Source: Myxococcales bacterium | Lineage (GTDB): Bacteria; Myxococcota_A; Polyangia; Polyangiales; JAFGIB01 | Assembly (NCBI GenBank): GCA_050118535.1 | Contig: JASFKR010000002.1 | Coordinates: forward strand, 11,652 to 75,651 | Length of the DNA stretch: 64,000 nucleotides | Direction: 5' to 3' | Shown: piece by piece, positions 56,311-64,000 of the stretch | Layout of the letters: each line of letters begins with the position of its first letter | Position numbering within the stretch: position 1 is the first letter of the stretch | Made by a program: the position numbers and the translations under genes | The notes under the pieces: model-generated | The model's input: only the letters and a program-made list of their open reading frames with translations | Databases searched by the model: none | What the model was told of the DNA's origin: nothing

Positions 56311-57593
56311 GCCGTCCTCCGGGACACGCGCTCGCGCTCTTCCAGCACCTCGCGATACACCTCGACCGTGCGCTCGGCAGCGCGCCTCCAGGTGAACTGC
56401 TCCAGCACCCGGCGTCGGCCCGCCTCTCCCATGGCGCGCCTGCGCTCCGGTGCGTCCAGCAGCTCACCGATGGCGCGCGCGAGCGCGACGCCGTCGCGTG
56501 GCGGCACCAGCACCCCGCACCGGCCCTCGCGGCCCACGACCTCGGGCAGCGCTCCCGCGTTGGTGGACACCACCGGAACCTGGCAGGCCATCGCCTCGCC
56601 GGCCGGGAATCCAAACCCTTCGTACAGGGACGGAACGACGGCCACGCTCGAGCCCGCGTAGTAGCGGGCGATGTCCCGATCCGCCACGTAGCCGGTGAAC
56701 TCGACGGCATCCTGCAGGCCCAGGCGTCGGATGCGCTCCTCGGTGTCGGTCTCGGTTCCGGGACGCCCGATCACCGTGAGCCTGACTTCGGGGCGGGTGC
56801 GGCGCAGCTCGTGCAGCGCCTCGACCATGAAGCGGAAGCCCTTCAGCGGCGAGTCGGCCGACAGGGTCGTGATCAGGCGGTTGGGATCCCGGCGCTGCTC
56901 CGCCTCGGCGTCTCCGGGTGGGTGGAAGACATCGAGGTTGATGCCGTTGCCCACGACCCGCATGCGGTTCGGGCGTACGCCGTACTCGCGTGCGATGTCG
57001 CGCAGGCTCGCTTCCGAGACGGTCATGATGCGCTCGAGGCGCCGCGAGACTTTGAGCTGCGTCGGCAGGAAGCTGTAGAAGCGCTTGAGGCCGAAGATCT
57101 TCTTGGCGTCGGTCGTGTTCTGGAAGGCGATGCGGCGATCCACGGTGACCGGGTGGTGGATGGTTGCGACCACGGGCAGACGTTGTTGCAGCGCGAGCAG
57201 CCCGGGGCCCAGGCATTGGTTGTCGTGCACCACGTCGTAGGCGGGAGCCAGGCCGCGCTTGAAGCGGCGCGCCACGCGCTGTGAGAAGGTCAGCGGCTCG
57301 GGGAAGCCCCCGGTGCGGGTGCTCGCCCACTCGCCCAGGTTGATGGGATCCCTCAGCTCACGCAGGCTGGGCGTGCGCAGGAAGGCTTCCTCGTTCCAGA
57401 GGTCCAGGCTCGGCACGCGCACCAGGCGTGCGCCATCGAGCAACTCCGGGTAGGGCTGGCCGCTCCACACGTCCACCTGGTGTCCCAGCTCCACCAGCGC
57501 GTGGCTCAGCAGGCGCGCGTAGATGCCCTGACCTCCGGAGCGGGGGTTGCCACGATAGGTGAGCAGGCAAATCCGGAGCGCGTCTTCTGCCAT
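56304..57593 (-). CDS. Glycosyltransferase, GT-B fold, family-4-like
   Basis: ATG at 57593 (MAEDALRICLLTYRGNPRSGGQGIY). The C-terminal EX7E region reads PSLYEGFGFPAGEAMACQVPVV. Confidence 0.9.
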   Translation of the reverse strand: MAEDALRICLLTYRGNPRSGGQGIYARLLSHALVELGHQVDVWSGQPYPELLDGARLVRVPSLDLWNEEAFLRTPSLRELRDPINLGEWASTRTGGFPEPLTFSQRVARRFKRGLAPAYDVVHDNQCLGPGLLALQQRLPVVATIHHPVTVDRRIAFQNTTDAKKIFGLKRFYSFLPTQLKVSRRLERIMTVSEASLRDIAREYGVRPNRMRVVGNGINLDVFHPPGDAEAEQRRDPNRLITTLSADSPLKGFRFMVEALHELRRTRPEVRLTVIGRPGTETDTEERIRRLGLQDAVEFTGYVADRDIARYYAGSSVAVVPSLYEGFGFPAGEAMACQVPVVSTNAGALPEVVGREGRCGVLVPPRDGVALARAIGELLDAPERRRAMGEAGRRRVLEQFTWRRAAERTVEVYREVLEERERVSRRTAC

Positions 57594-57809
57594 ACGGGCA
57601 ACCGAGGCCGCGGGACCCGGCGCTGGCGAGATCGATCGGCCTCGTGTGCCTGAACGGATCTGCAGGGTCACGCGTGTCAAATGTGGCGGAAGTACCTACA
57701 CGCTTGTACGTAACTTTGCAATTGCCGGCGGGTTTGTGGCGCTCCGACGGGGCTCGGGTGCCTGGCTCGGGCATGCGGCCCCCGCGTCAGGTGTGATAGG
57801 GGGCGGGGC

Positions 57810-58526
57810 GTGAGACGGGATCACCGCCCCCTGTGGCTCAAGAACGCCCTGTCCGCCTACCACAGGGCCTGGGCGCGCCACTTCCTGCACCCCCAGTTCG
57901 ACGCCGTCGGCGAGGGGTTGGTGGTGTTCGGACCGCAGCACGTGGAGGTGTGGGGCGAGGGGATTCGCCTGGGCCGCGACGTGCACATGATGGCCAACGC
58001 CGACTCCCGGATCCGGTTGACCACCTATCCGGATCCTGGCGGCCGCATCGAGATCGGCGACTTCAGCATCCTGCTGCCGGGGGTCCGTCTGGCTTCCGCC
58101 GTGTCGATCCGCACGGGCAAGAACTGCATGTTTGCCGGCCACTGTTACGTCACAGACGCCGACTGGCACGACCTCTACGACCGCACGGCGGCCCCGGGCG
58201 CCGCCCGCCCGGTGGTGCTGGGCGACAACGTGTGGGTGGGCGACAGCGCGCTGGTGATGAAGGGCGTGACCATCGGTGACAACAGCGTGGTCGGCGCCGG
58301 TGCCGTGGTGCGGCGTGACGTGCCGGCGAACGTGGTCGTCGCCGGCAACCCGGCGACCGTGGTGCGGGAGCTGGACCCGGAGCGTCCGCTCGTGGGGCGC
58401 GAGAGCCTGTTCACCGGGGACGTGAGCTACGCCGCGTCCCTGGAGGCCTTCGAGCGCTGGGTGCTCACGCCCAACACCTTCCGCACGTGGCTGCGCAGCA
58501 AGCTCGCCCCCACACGCGACCTCTGA
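57810..58526 (+). CDS. Hexapeptide-repeat (left-handed beta-helix) acyltransferase
   Basis: The hexapeptide region reads VLGDNVWVGDSALVMKGVTIGDNSVVGAGAVVRRDVPANVVVAGNPA. It is a paralogue of 58537..59256. Confidence 0.8.
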   Translation: MRRDHRPLWLKNALSAYHRAWARHFLHPQFDAVGEGLVVFGPQHVEVWGEGIRLGRDVHMMANADSRIRLTTYPDPGGRIEIGDFSILLPGVRLASAVSIRTGKNCMFAGHCYVTDADWHDLYDRTAAPGAARPVVLGDNVWVGDSALVMKGVTIGDNSVVGAGAVVRRDVPANVVVAGNPATVVRELDPERPLVGRESLFTGDVSYAASLEAFERWVLTPNTFRTWLRSKLAPTRDL

Positions 58527-58536
58527 ACGGAGCTGC

Positions 58537-59256
58537 TCATGACCGTTCGTCCGGCCACAGCAGGGCCTTCATCCAGCCGCGAAAAGTGTTGCCGGCCAGG
58601 CGCTGGCGGTCGTATTCGTCCTTGAACTCGCGGTAGGGCCGGCCCCCGGCGAAGAGGTGCTCGCGCAGGCTCCTGGGTTTGTCGGGATCGATCTCGCCGA
58701 TGACCCGCGCCGGGTTGCCGGCCGCGATCGAGTTTTCGGGGATGTCCTTGACGACCAGCGAGCGGGCGCCCACCACACTGTTGTCACCGATGGTCACGCC
58801 CTTCATCACGTGGGCGCTCTCGGCCAGCCATACGTTGTTGCCGATGCGCACCGGTTTGCGGGTGCCGGGGTAGATGCGGTGGTAGAGGTCGTGCCAGTCG
58901 GCGTCTGTGACGTAGACGTTCTCGGCCAGCATGCAGTTGTCGCCGATGCTGACGCCGACGGCCGATCGGATGCGGACCCCCGAGGAGATCACGCAGTAGT
59001 TGCCGATGTCGATCGCCCCCTCCCCGCCGTCGTAGGGGTTGACGCTGAACGACACGGGGCTGCTCGCGGTGCCGAAGGCGTGGAAGTGGTCGCCGACGCG
59101 GATGTTGGGGCCTTGCAGGATGATGTGCCTGGGGCCCTGGAAGCGGGGCTCGGCGCCCACTCGATCGAACATGGGCAGCAGAAAGTGCTCGGCATACAGC
59201 TCGCTGAAACGTCCCAGCAGCTTCTCGGCCCAGTAGGGGTGGTGCTCGCGCCGCAC
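58537..59256 (-). CDS. Hexapeptide-repeat (left-handed beta-helix) acyltransferase; paralogue of 57810..58526
   Basis: The GTG start is supported by the paralogue alignment (MRREHHPYWAEK versus MRRDHRPLWLKN). Both share YVTDADWHDLY and VMKGVTIGDNSVVGA. Confidence 0.8.
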   Translation of the reverse strand: MRREHHPYWAEKLLGRFSELYAEHFLLPMFDRVGAEPRFQGPRHIILQGPNIRVGDHFHAFGTASSPVSFSVNPYDGGEGAIDIGNYCVISSGVRIRSAVGVSIGDNCMLAENVYVTDADWHDLYHRIYPGTRKPVRIGNNVWLAESAHVMKGVTIGDNSVVGARSLVVKDIPENSIAAGNPARVIGEIDPDKPRSLREHLFAGGRPYREFKDEYDRQRLAGNTFRGWMKALLWPDERS

Positions 59257-59314
59257 GGGGCCAGCTCATATCACCGGGTTGGGGGCGCGTCGAGCGCACC
59301 CCGCCGGGACCATA

Positions 59315-59400
59315 CCGGGTCGTCCTCTCGGACGCCTGGTCTATTCCGGGTCGTCCTCTCGGACGCCTGGTCTATTCCGGGTCGTCCTCTCGGACGCCTG
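59315..59400. repeat. 31-bp tandem repeat, 2.8 copies, each unit carrying a short hairpin; it overlaps the stop codon of the AbfD/HpaB-like gene
   Basis: The unit ccgggtcgtcctctcggacgcctggtctatt occupies 59315-45 and 59346-76, with a partial copy at 59377-59400. The internal hairpin is cgtcc-tctc-ggacg. Confidence 0.9.
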
Positions 59401-60826
59401 CGAGCTTCTTCGCCAGCGCCTTCTTCTCGTCGACCTTCATCAGGCGGGCGATTTGTACGCGCTGGGCCTGGGGCGAGCCGGCGCCGTGCATGGACTCGGT
59501 CAGGTAGCCCACGGCGTTGCGGCCCAGGGTCATGTTCTCGATCAGTCGCAGCACCCGCCGGCGGTTGTCCACCGACACCCCGGGACGGGCCTTGAGGTAC
59601 TTGCGCAGGATCGGTCCCGTGGTCTCGCTGTCGAATTCCGCGTCCGAGGGCAGGGTGACCATCAGGCCGCCGGCCAGGTCCTGGGCCAGGCGCGACAGCT
59701 CGTAGGGGAAGCGGGTGACGTTGTGCTTGCACACGTTGGCCAGCATGTCGTCGCACTGGTAGTTGCCCGCCGAGGTGGGCTTGCTCTCGTGGGAGGCGGC
59801 GATGCCGGCGCCGTAGATGGTCTCGTTGAGGTGGGCCATCTCCACCAGTTTGTCGCGCACGTGCGAGGCCTTCGCGACGCCATTGTAGTCGGCGATGGTG
59901 GCCGCGGCGCCGATGATCACGTCGCCCAGGCCCGTCTTACACACGTAGCTGCGGCGATGGAACGCGGTGAAGCGCTCCACCAGCGGCGCGGCGTGCTCGT
60001 ACTCGCCGTCCATGAAGACGTGGTCGGCCGGGATGAAGACGTCGTCGAAGATGATCGCCGCTTCCTGGCCACCGAACTGCGCGTTGCCCTGGTCCACCTC
60101 GCCCCCCTCGAGGGCGCGGGCGTCGCAGCTCTGGCGCCCGTAGATGTAGCTGATCTGCGGATGGTCCACCGGCACCGCCACCGAGATGGCGTAATCGCGG
60201 TCGTCCTCGGACAGGCGCATGGTGGGCATCACCAGAAGCCAGTGGGAGTTGATGCAGCCCGTCTGGTGCATCTTGGCGCCGCGGATCACCACCCCATCGT
60301 CGCGCCGCTCCACCACCCGCACGAAGAGGTCCGGGTCTTCCTGCTGAGACGGGGGCTTGCTGCGGTCGCCCTTGGGATCGGTCATGGCGCCGCCGATGAC
60401 GAAGTTCTCCCGTTGCATCCGCTTGACGAACGAAAGGAAGCGCTCGTGGTAGCCGGTGCCGTGGGCCCGGTCGATGTCGTGGGTGACCGAGTACAGCGAG
60501 TTGATCGCGTCCATGCCCACGCAGCGCTGGAAGCAGGTGCCGGTGCGCTGGCCGAGGCGACGCTGCATGCGGTTCTGCATCACGACATCGTCGGCGCTGC
60601 CGGCCACGTGCAGGAAGCGGTTGACCCGCAGCTGCGTCAGCGGCGACTGCACCGAGCCGAGCTCGGGCTCCTCCTCCGCCAGGCGGTAGGTCTCCGCCAC
60701 GGCGTTGATCGATGGCCGGATCACCGGGTGATCCAGCGGCTCCTCGACGCGCTCCCCGAAGAGGTAGACGCTCAGCTTGCGGCCTCGCAGGCTCTCCAGA
60801 TAGTCCTCGGCAGTCCGGATCGGCAT
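59372..60826 (-). CDS. 4-hydroxybutyryl-CoA dehydratase / HpaB-family protein (AbfD-like)
   Basis: The protein opens MPIRTAEDYLESLRG. TGTCFQRCVGMD carries the CxxxC pair I recall as Fe-S ligands in AbfD. The length and overall pattern fit the HpaB/AbfD family. Confidence 0.8.
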   Translation of the reverse strand: MPIRTAEDYLESLRGRKLSVYLFGERVEEPLDHPVIRPSINAVAETYRLAEEEPELGSVQSPLTQLRVNRFLHVAGSADDVVMQNRMQRRLGQRTGTCFQRCVGMDAINSLYSVTHDIDRAHGTGYHERFLSFVKRMQRENFVIGGAMTDPKGDRSKPPSQQEDPDLFVRVVERRDDGVVIRGAKMHQTGCINSHWLLVMPTMRLSEDDRDYAISVAVPVDHPQISYIYGRQSCDARALEGGEVDQGNAQFGGQEAAIIFDDVFIPADHVFMDGEYEHAAPLVERFTAFHRRSYVCKTGLGDVIIGAAATIADYNGVAKASHVRDKLVEMAHLNETIYGAGIAASHESKPTSAGNYQCDDMLANVCKHNVTRFPYELSRLAQDLAGGLMVTLPSDAEFDSETTGPILRKYLKARPGVSVDNRRRVLRLIENMTLGRNAVGYLTESMHGAGSPQAQRVQIARLMKVDEKKALAKKLAGVREDDPE

Positions 60827-60945
60827 GCTGTCTATCTAGCCTCGACTTCGGCGGTTTTTCAAACTTGCCCTTGCCCGGCCCTCCAGCTCGGCGACGCGGG
60901 GCGGGGTTGCGTCGACGCTCGCCCTGACCGAGGCTGCTCGGAGCC

Positions 60946-61602
60946 ATGGCGGACAACACTTCTCGTTCCGGGGTGCGCTACGCGGACTCCGACATCGTCG
61001 CCTTCGTCGACCGGGTGCACGCCGGGCACGACGCCGCCCTCACACGCGCTTTCGCGGCCCCCGACCACCACGGGATGCCCGCGATCCAGGTCTCGCCATC
61101 CGAGGGCCGCCTGCTCGAGCTCTTGCTGCGGCTCGCGTCGGCCCGGCGCGTGGTCGAGGTGGGCACGCTGGCCGGTTATTCGGCGATCCGCATGGCCCGC
61201 GCGCTGCCCGACGGCGGGCGCCTCTACACGCTGGAGAGCGATCCGCGCCACGCCCGGGTGGCGCGCGACAATCTGCGCTCCGCCGGCCTCGACGATCGGG
61301 TCGAGGTGCGTCAGGGGCCGGCCATCGAGAGCCTGGGCGGGCTCGAGCGGGAGGGACCGTTCGACGTGGTCTTCCTCGACGCGGACAAGGGCGGCTACCC
61401 CGACTACGGGCGCTGGGCCGAACGTCACCTGCGTCCAGGGGGCCTGTTGCTGGCCGACAACGCCTATCTCTTCGGGAACCTGATGAAAGGCTCGGAGGAG
61501 GCCCGCGCCATGCGGCGCTTCCACGAGCAGACCGCGGCCGCCTTCGACAGCGTGTGCGTGCCCACCCCGGACGGTCTGGTGGTGGCCATCAAGCGCGGCT
61601 GA
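60946..61602 (+). CDS. Class I SAM-dependent O-methyltransferase (family 3, caffeoyl-CoA OMT-like)
   Basis: Conserved stretches are RVVEVGTLAGYSAIRMA, FDVVFLDADKGGYPDY and LRPGGLLLADN. Confidence 0.85.
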   Translation: MADNTSRSGVRYADSDIVAFVDRVHAGHDAALTRAFAAPDHHGMPAIQVSPSEGRLLELLLRLASARRVVEVGTLAGYSAIRMARALPDGGRLYTLESDPRHARVARDNLRSAGLDDRVEVRQGPAIESLGGLEREGPFDVVFLDADKGGYPDYGRWAERHLRPGGLLLADNAYLFGNLMKGSEEARAMRRFHEQTAAAFDSVCVPTPDGLVVAIKRG

Positions 61603-61857
61603 CTCGCCGTTTCCCGCTGCCTGGTGAATAGTGGTCGACTGGCCGTTTTTTGCGCCGTTCCGGGCGCTTCCGCGGTGCTTGACCCCCCTCCGGCCCACCG
61701 CTACTTTCCGACGAACCTCGGCATTGGCACACCGCGATAATTCCAGGGCAGACAGTCCCCCGCGGGCGCGGCTAGACTCCCGGCCCTTCGCCCCGTGCTG
61801 CGGACCCACTGCGGGCGCACCCGGGCGCACGGCCACGTGGCACATCGAGGACCCCTT

Positions 61858-64000
61858 TTGAGCGCTCAATTTCCGATTCGACGCCTCGCCATCGTCAACC
61901 GCGGAGAGGCCGCCATGCGGTGCATCCGGACGGTCAAGTCGTTGCGCGCGCTGGAGGGGACGGACCTGACCGTCATCGCGCTGTACACGGACGTGGACCG
62001 CAGCGCGCCCTTCGTGCGGCACGCCGACCTCGCCGTGCGGCTCGCTCCCCGCGCGACGGCGGTGGCGAGCTATCTGGATCACGAGATGCTGCTGTCGACG
62101 CTGCAGCGCGTGCAGGCCGACGCGGTGTGGCCGGGCTGGGGCTTCGTCGCCGAGTCGCCCGCCTTCGTGGACCGGCTCGACGCGGCGGGGATTCGCTTCC
62201 TGGGCCCGACCGGCGACACCATGCGCCGCCTGGGAGACAAGATCGCTTCCAAGGAGCTGGCGGAGAAGGTGGACGTACCGGTCACGCCCTGGAGCGGGGG
62301 CGCGGTCCCGGACGTGGAGGCCGCTCGAGAGTGTGCGGAGCGCATCGGCGTGCCCGTCGTCGTCAAGGCGTCGGCGGGCGGCGGCGGCCGCGGCATCCGC
62401 ATGGTGCACGAGCTCGCCAGCCTGGCCGGACACTTCGAGTCCGCTGCGTCCGAAGCCCGCAACGCGTTCGGCGACGACCGTCTCTTCATCGAGAAGATGG
62501 TTCGCGGCGGGCGCCACGTGGAGGTCCAGATCGTCGCCGACCAGCACGGTTTCGTGCGCGCGGTGGGATGCCGCGACTGCTCGGTGCAGCGGCGCCACCA
62601 GAAGGTGATCGAGGAGGCTCCGCCGGTGGGGCTTTCGGAGGCGACCCTGGCTGCCATGCGCGCCGCCGCCGAGCGGCTCGCGCGCGAAGTGGGTTACCAC
62701 GGCGTGGGCACCGTGGAGTTCCTGGTCCGCGGTGAGGAGTTCTTCTTCCTGGAGATGAACCCCCGCCTGCAGGTCGAGCACGGCATCACCGAGGAGATCA
62801 CGGGTCTCGATCTGGTCGAGCAACAGATCCGGATCGCACGCGGCGAATCGCTCGCGGGCCTGGACGCCACCGAGCAGGGCTTCTGCATCGAGGCGCGCGT
62901 GTGCGCCGAGGATCCGGACCACGGATTTTTGCCGGCGCCCGGCGACATCGTGCGCTTCGACCCGGCCCTCGGCCCCCACGTGCGCGTGGACACCGGCGTG
63001 GTGGTGGGCAGCACCGTGCCCCCCGACTTCGACTCCCTGATCGCCAAGGTCATGGCCCGCGGCGAGACGCGGGAGCAGGCGCGCGCCCGGTTGCTCGCGG
63101 CCCTGCGCGATTTCGATCTCGTCATCGCCGGCGGCGCCACCAACAAGGGCTACCTGCTGGAGTTGCTTCGGGCGGACGAATACGTGGCCGGTGGCGTGGA
63201 CACCACGTGGCTCGACCGGTGGAACGAGCAGCGAACCGGCACCGCGGAGTGCGCCGCCCAGGCGCTGGTGCTCGCCGCCATCCTGGCCTACCGATCGGGC
63301 TGGCAGGCGGAGCGCCGCAACTTCTTCTCCGACACCAGCAACATCACGCCGGACAAGATCCCCGCCCTCGAGGGCCGCGAGGTGGACCTGGAATACCGCG
63401 GGCAGCAATATCGCCTGCAGGTCTTCTCCGTCGGCGCCCTGCGCTATCGGGTGCACCTCGACGGGCGCGTCGTCAGCGCCCGATTCGGTGAGACCGGCGC
63501 CCACACCGCCCGCATCGTCATCTCGGGCCGGTATCACCGCGCGACCTACGACCTGAGCCCGACCCACGTTCGCCTCGAGGTCGAGGGCGCCGTCCATCGA
63601 TTCGGCCGCCAGACGGCGGGCCAGGTGCGGGCCGGCGCGCCGTCCATGGTGGTGTCCATCGACGTGCAGCCCGGTGACCGGGTGGAGGCCGGGGCCACGC
63701 TGGGGCTGCTCGAGGCGATGAAGATGGAGATCGCCTTCGCGGCGCCGGTGGCCGGCGTCGTCACCGAGGTGCGGGTCAACAAGGGGCAGCAGGTGGCCGC
63801 CGGCGAGGTGCTGCTGGTGCTCGACGCCACCGGCGAGGACGGCAACGGCGACGCCGGCGAGCGCCTGACGCTGCCCGACGAGGATGATCTGCTCGCCCCC
63901 CTGTTCGCGCCGGTCGAGGGCGGCTGGCTGGGTGAGCCCGATCTGCTCGCGGCCCAGGACGCCGCCCCCGAGGCCCTGTCGAATGCCATCTTCGCGGCCA
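61858..64000 (+). CDS. Multidomain biotin-dependent carboxylase (biotin carboxylase + biotinyl/BCCP domain, continuing beyond the window)
   Basis: My own translation from the TTG at 61858 (or the GTG at 61837) gives ...RRLAIVNRGEAAMRCIR...GDKIASK...KASAGGGGRGIR...EMNPRLQVEHGITE, the biotin carboxylase part. The biotin attachment motif is LLEAMKMEI. The frame is still open about 80 aa after that motif at 64000. It is absent from the ORF track because it is truncated. Confidence 0.9.
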   Translation, partial: MSAQFPIRRLAIVNRGEAAMRCIRTVKSLRALEGTDLTVIALYTDVDRSAPFVRHADLAVRLAPRATAVASYLDHEMLLSTLQRVQADAVWPGWGFVAESPAFVDRLDAAGIRFLGPTGDTMRRLGDKIASKELAEKVDVPVTPWSGGAVPDVEAARECAERIGVPVVVKASAGGGGRGIRMVHELASLAGHFESAASEARNAFGDDRLFIEKMVRGGRHVEVQIVADQHGFVRAVGCRDCSVQRRHQKVIEEAPPVGLSEATLAAMRAAAERLAREVGYHGVGTVEFLVRGEEFFFLEMNPRLQVEHGITEEITGLDLVEQQIRIARGESLAGLDATEQGFCIEARVCAEDPDHGFLPAPGDIVRFDPALGPHVRVDTGVVVGSTVPPDFDSLIAKVMARGETREQARARLLAALRDFDLVIAGGATNKGYLLELLRADEYVAGGVDTTWLDRWNEQRTGTAECAAQALVLAAILAYRSGWQAERRNFFSDTSNITPDKIPALEGREVDLEYRGQQYRLQVFSVGALRYRVHLDGRVVSARFGETGAHTARIVISGRYHRATYDLSPTHVRLEVEGAVHRFGRQTAGQVRAGAPSMVVSIDVQPGDRVEAGATLGLLEAMKMEIAFAAPVAGVVTEVRVNKGQQVAAGEVLLVLDATGEDGNGDAGERLTLPDEDDLLAPLFAPVEGGWLGEPDLLAAQDAAPEALSNAIFAA

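Noticed and set aside
59315-59400. A possible CRISPR-like array formed by the 31-bp repeats.
   Set aside because: The copies are directly contiguous with no spacers. There are only 2.8 units, no cas genes are present in the window, and one copy is part of a coding 3' end.
61725-61740. A sigma-54-like TGGCAC upstream of the carboxylase gene. Other TGGCAC occurrences lie near 31468, 44053 and 58162.
   Set aside because: The -12 element is missing. The sequence is TGGCAC-ACCGC-GATAA, with no GC at the required spacing. The other occurrences are intragenic and also lack TTGC.

Overview
The window is very GC-rich, with third codon positions almost all G/C. Its gene content looks like a myxobacterial (Myxococcota) chromosome: many Cys-rich lipoproteins with D/G/S low-complexity linkers, Ser/Thr kinases, an ECF sigma module, a sigma-54 activator and a globin-coupled kinase. 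All product names come from motifs I read in the translations. I could not run any homology search.

I support about 60 protein genes. I found no rRNA, tRNA, CRISPR array or mobile element. The high GC produces many long antisense or out-of-frame ORFs in the track, and I reject those. Two real genes run off the window edges and are missing from the track: a TPR protein at 1..3111 (-) and a biotin carboxylase/BCCP fusion at 61858..64000 (+).

Layout:
- 1-8.3 kb: TPR protein, lipoproteins, a PilZ protein and a Ser/Thr kinase.
- 9.7-13.5 kb: an operon of a vWA lipoprotein plus an ABC-2 transporter.
- 14.8-17.9 kb: ECF sigma, anti-sigma-like protein and Cys-rich lipoprotein.
- 18.1-23.2 kb: the most interesting locus. 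It encodes a small precursor with a textbook double-glycine leader and an atypical acidic, Ser/Leu/Gly-rich, repeat-containing 68-aa core. An intrinsic terminator follows, then two tandem membrane-fusion proteins, a C39-peptidase ABC exporter and a convergent TetR gene.
- 23.8-39.8 kb: a dense stress/redox island. It holds USPs, CBS proteins, divergent sigma-54-type promoters, an RpoH-like sigma, an NtrC-type activator, Mla genes, REC-PAS-HK, a globin-coupled HK, an Fnr-like regulator, an M50 protease, DUF3501, an HdrD-like Fe-S protein, rubrerythrin and a Fur/PerR regulator.
- 39.9-44.6 kb: secreted proteins, including a CxxCH lipoprotein paired with a DUF1501 Tat protein.
- 44.6-47.4 kb: thiS-thiG-thiE, followed by an apparently catalytically dead signal-peptidase homologue.
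- 47.6-53.1 kb: alr, an orphan dam-type methylase, a coiled-coil membrane protein and a second kinase.
- 53.2-59.3 kb: an operon of GT4, methyltransferase, prenyltransferase-like protein, methyltransferase and lipoprotein, plus two convergent paralogous hexapeptide acyltransferases.
- 59.3-64 kb: a 31-bp tandem triplication, then AbfD/HpaB-like, O-methyltransferase and carboxylase genes.

Adjacent genes often overlap by 4 nt (ATGA/GTGA/TTGA), which supports the operon calls.
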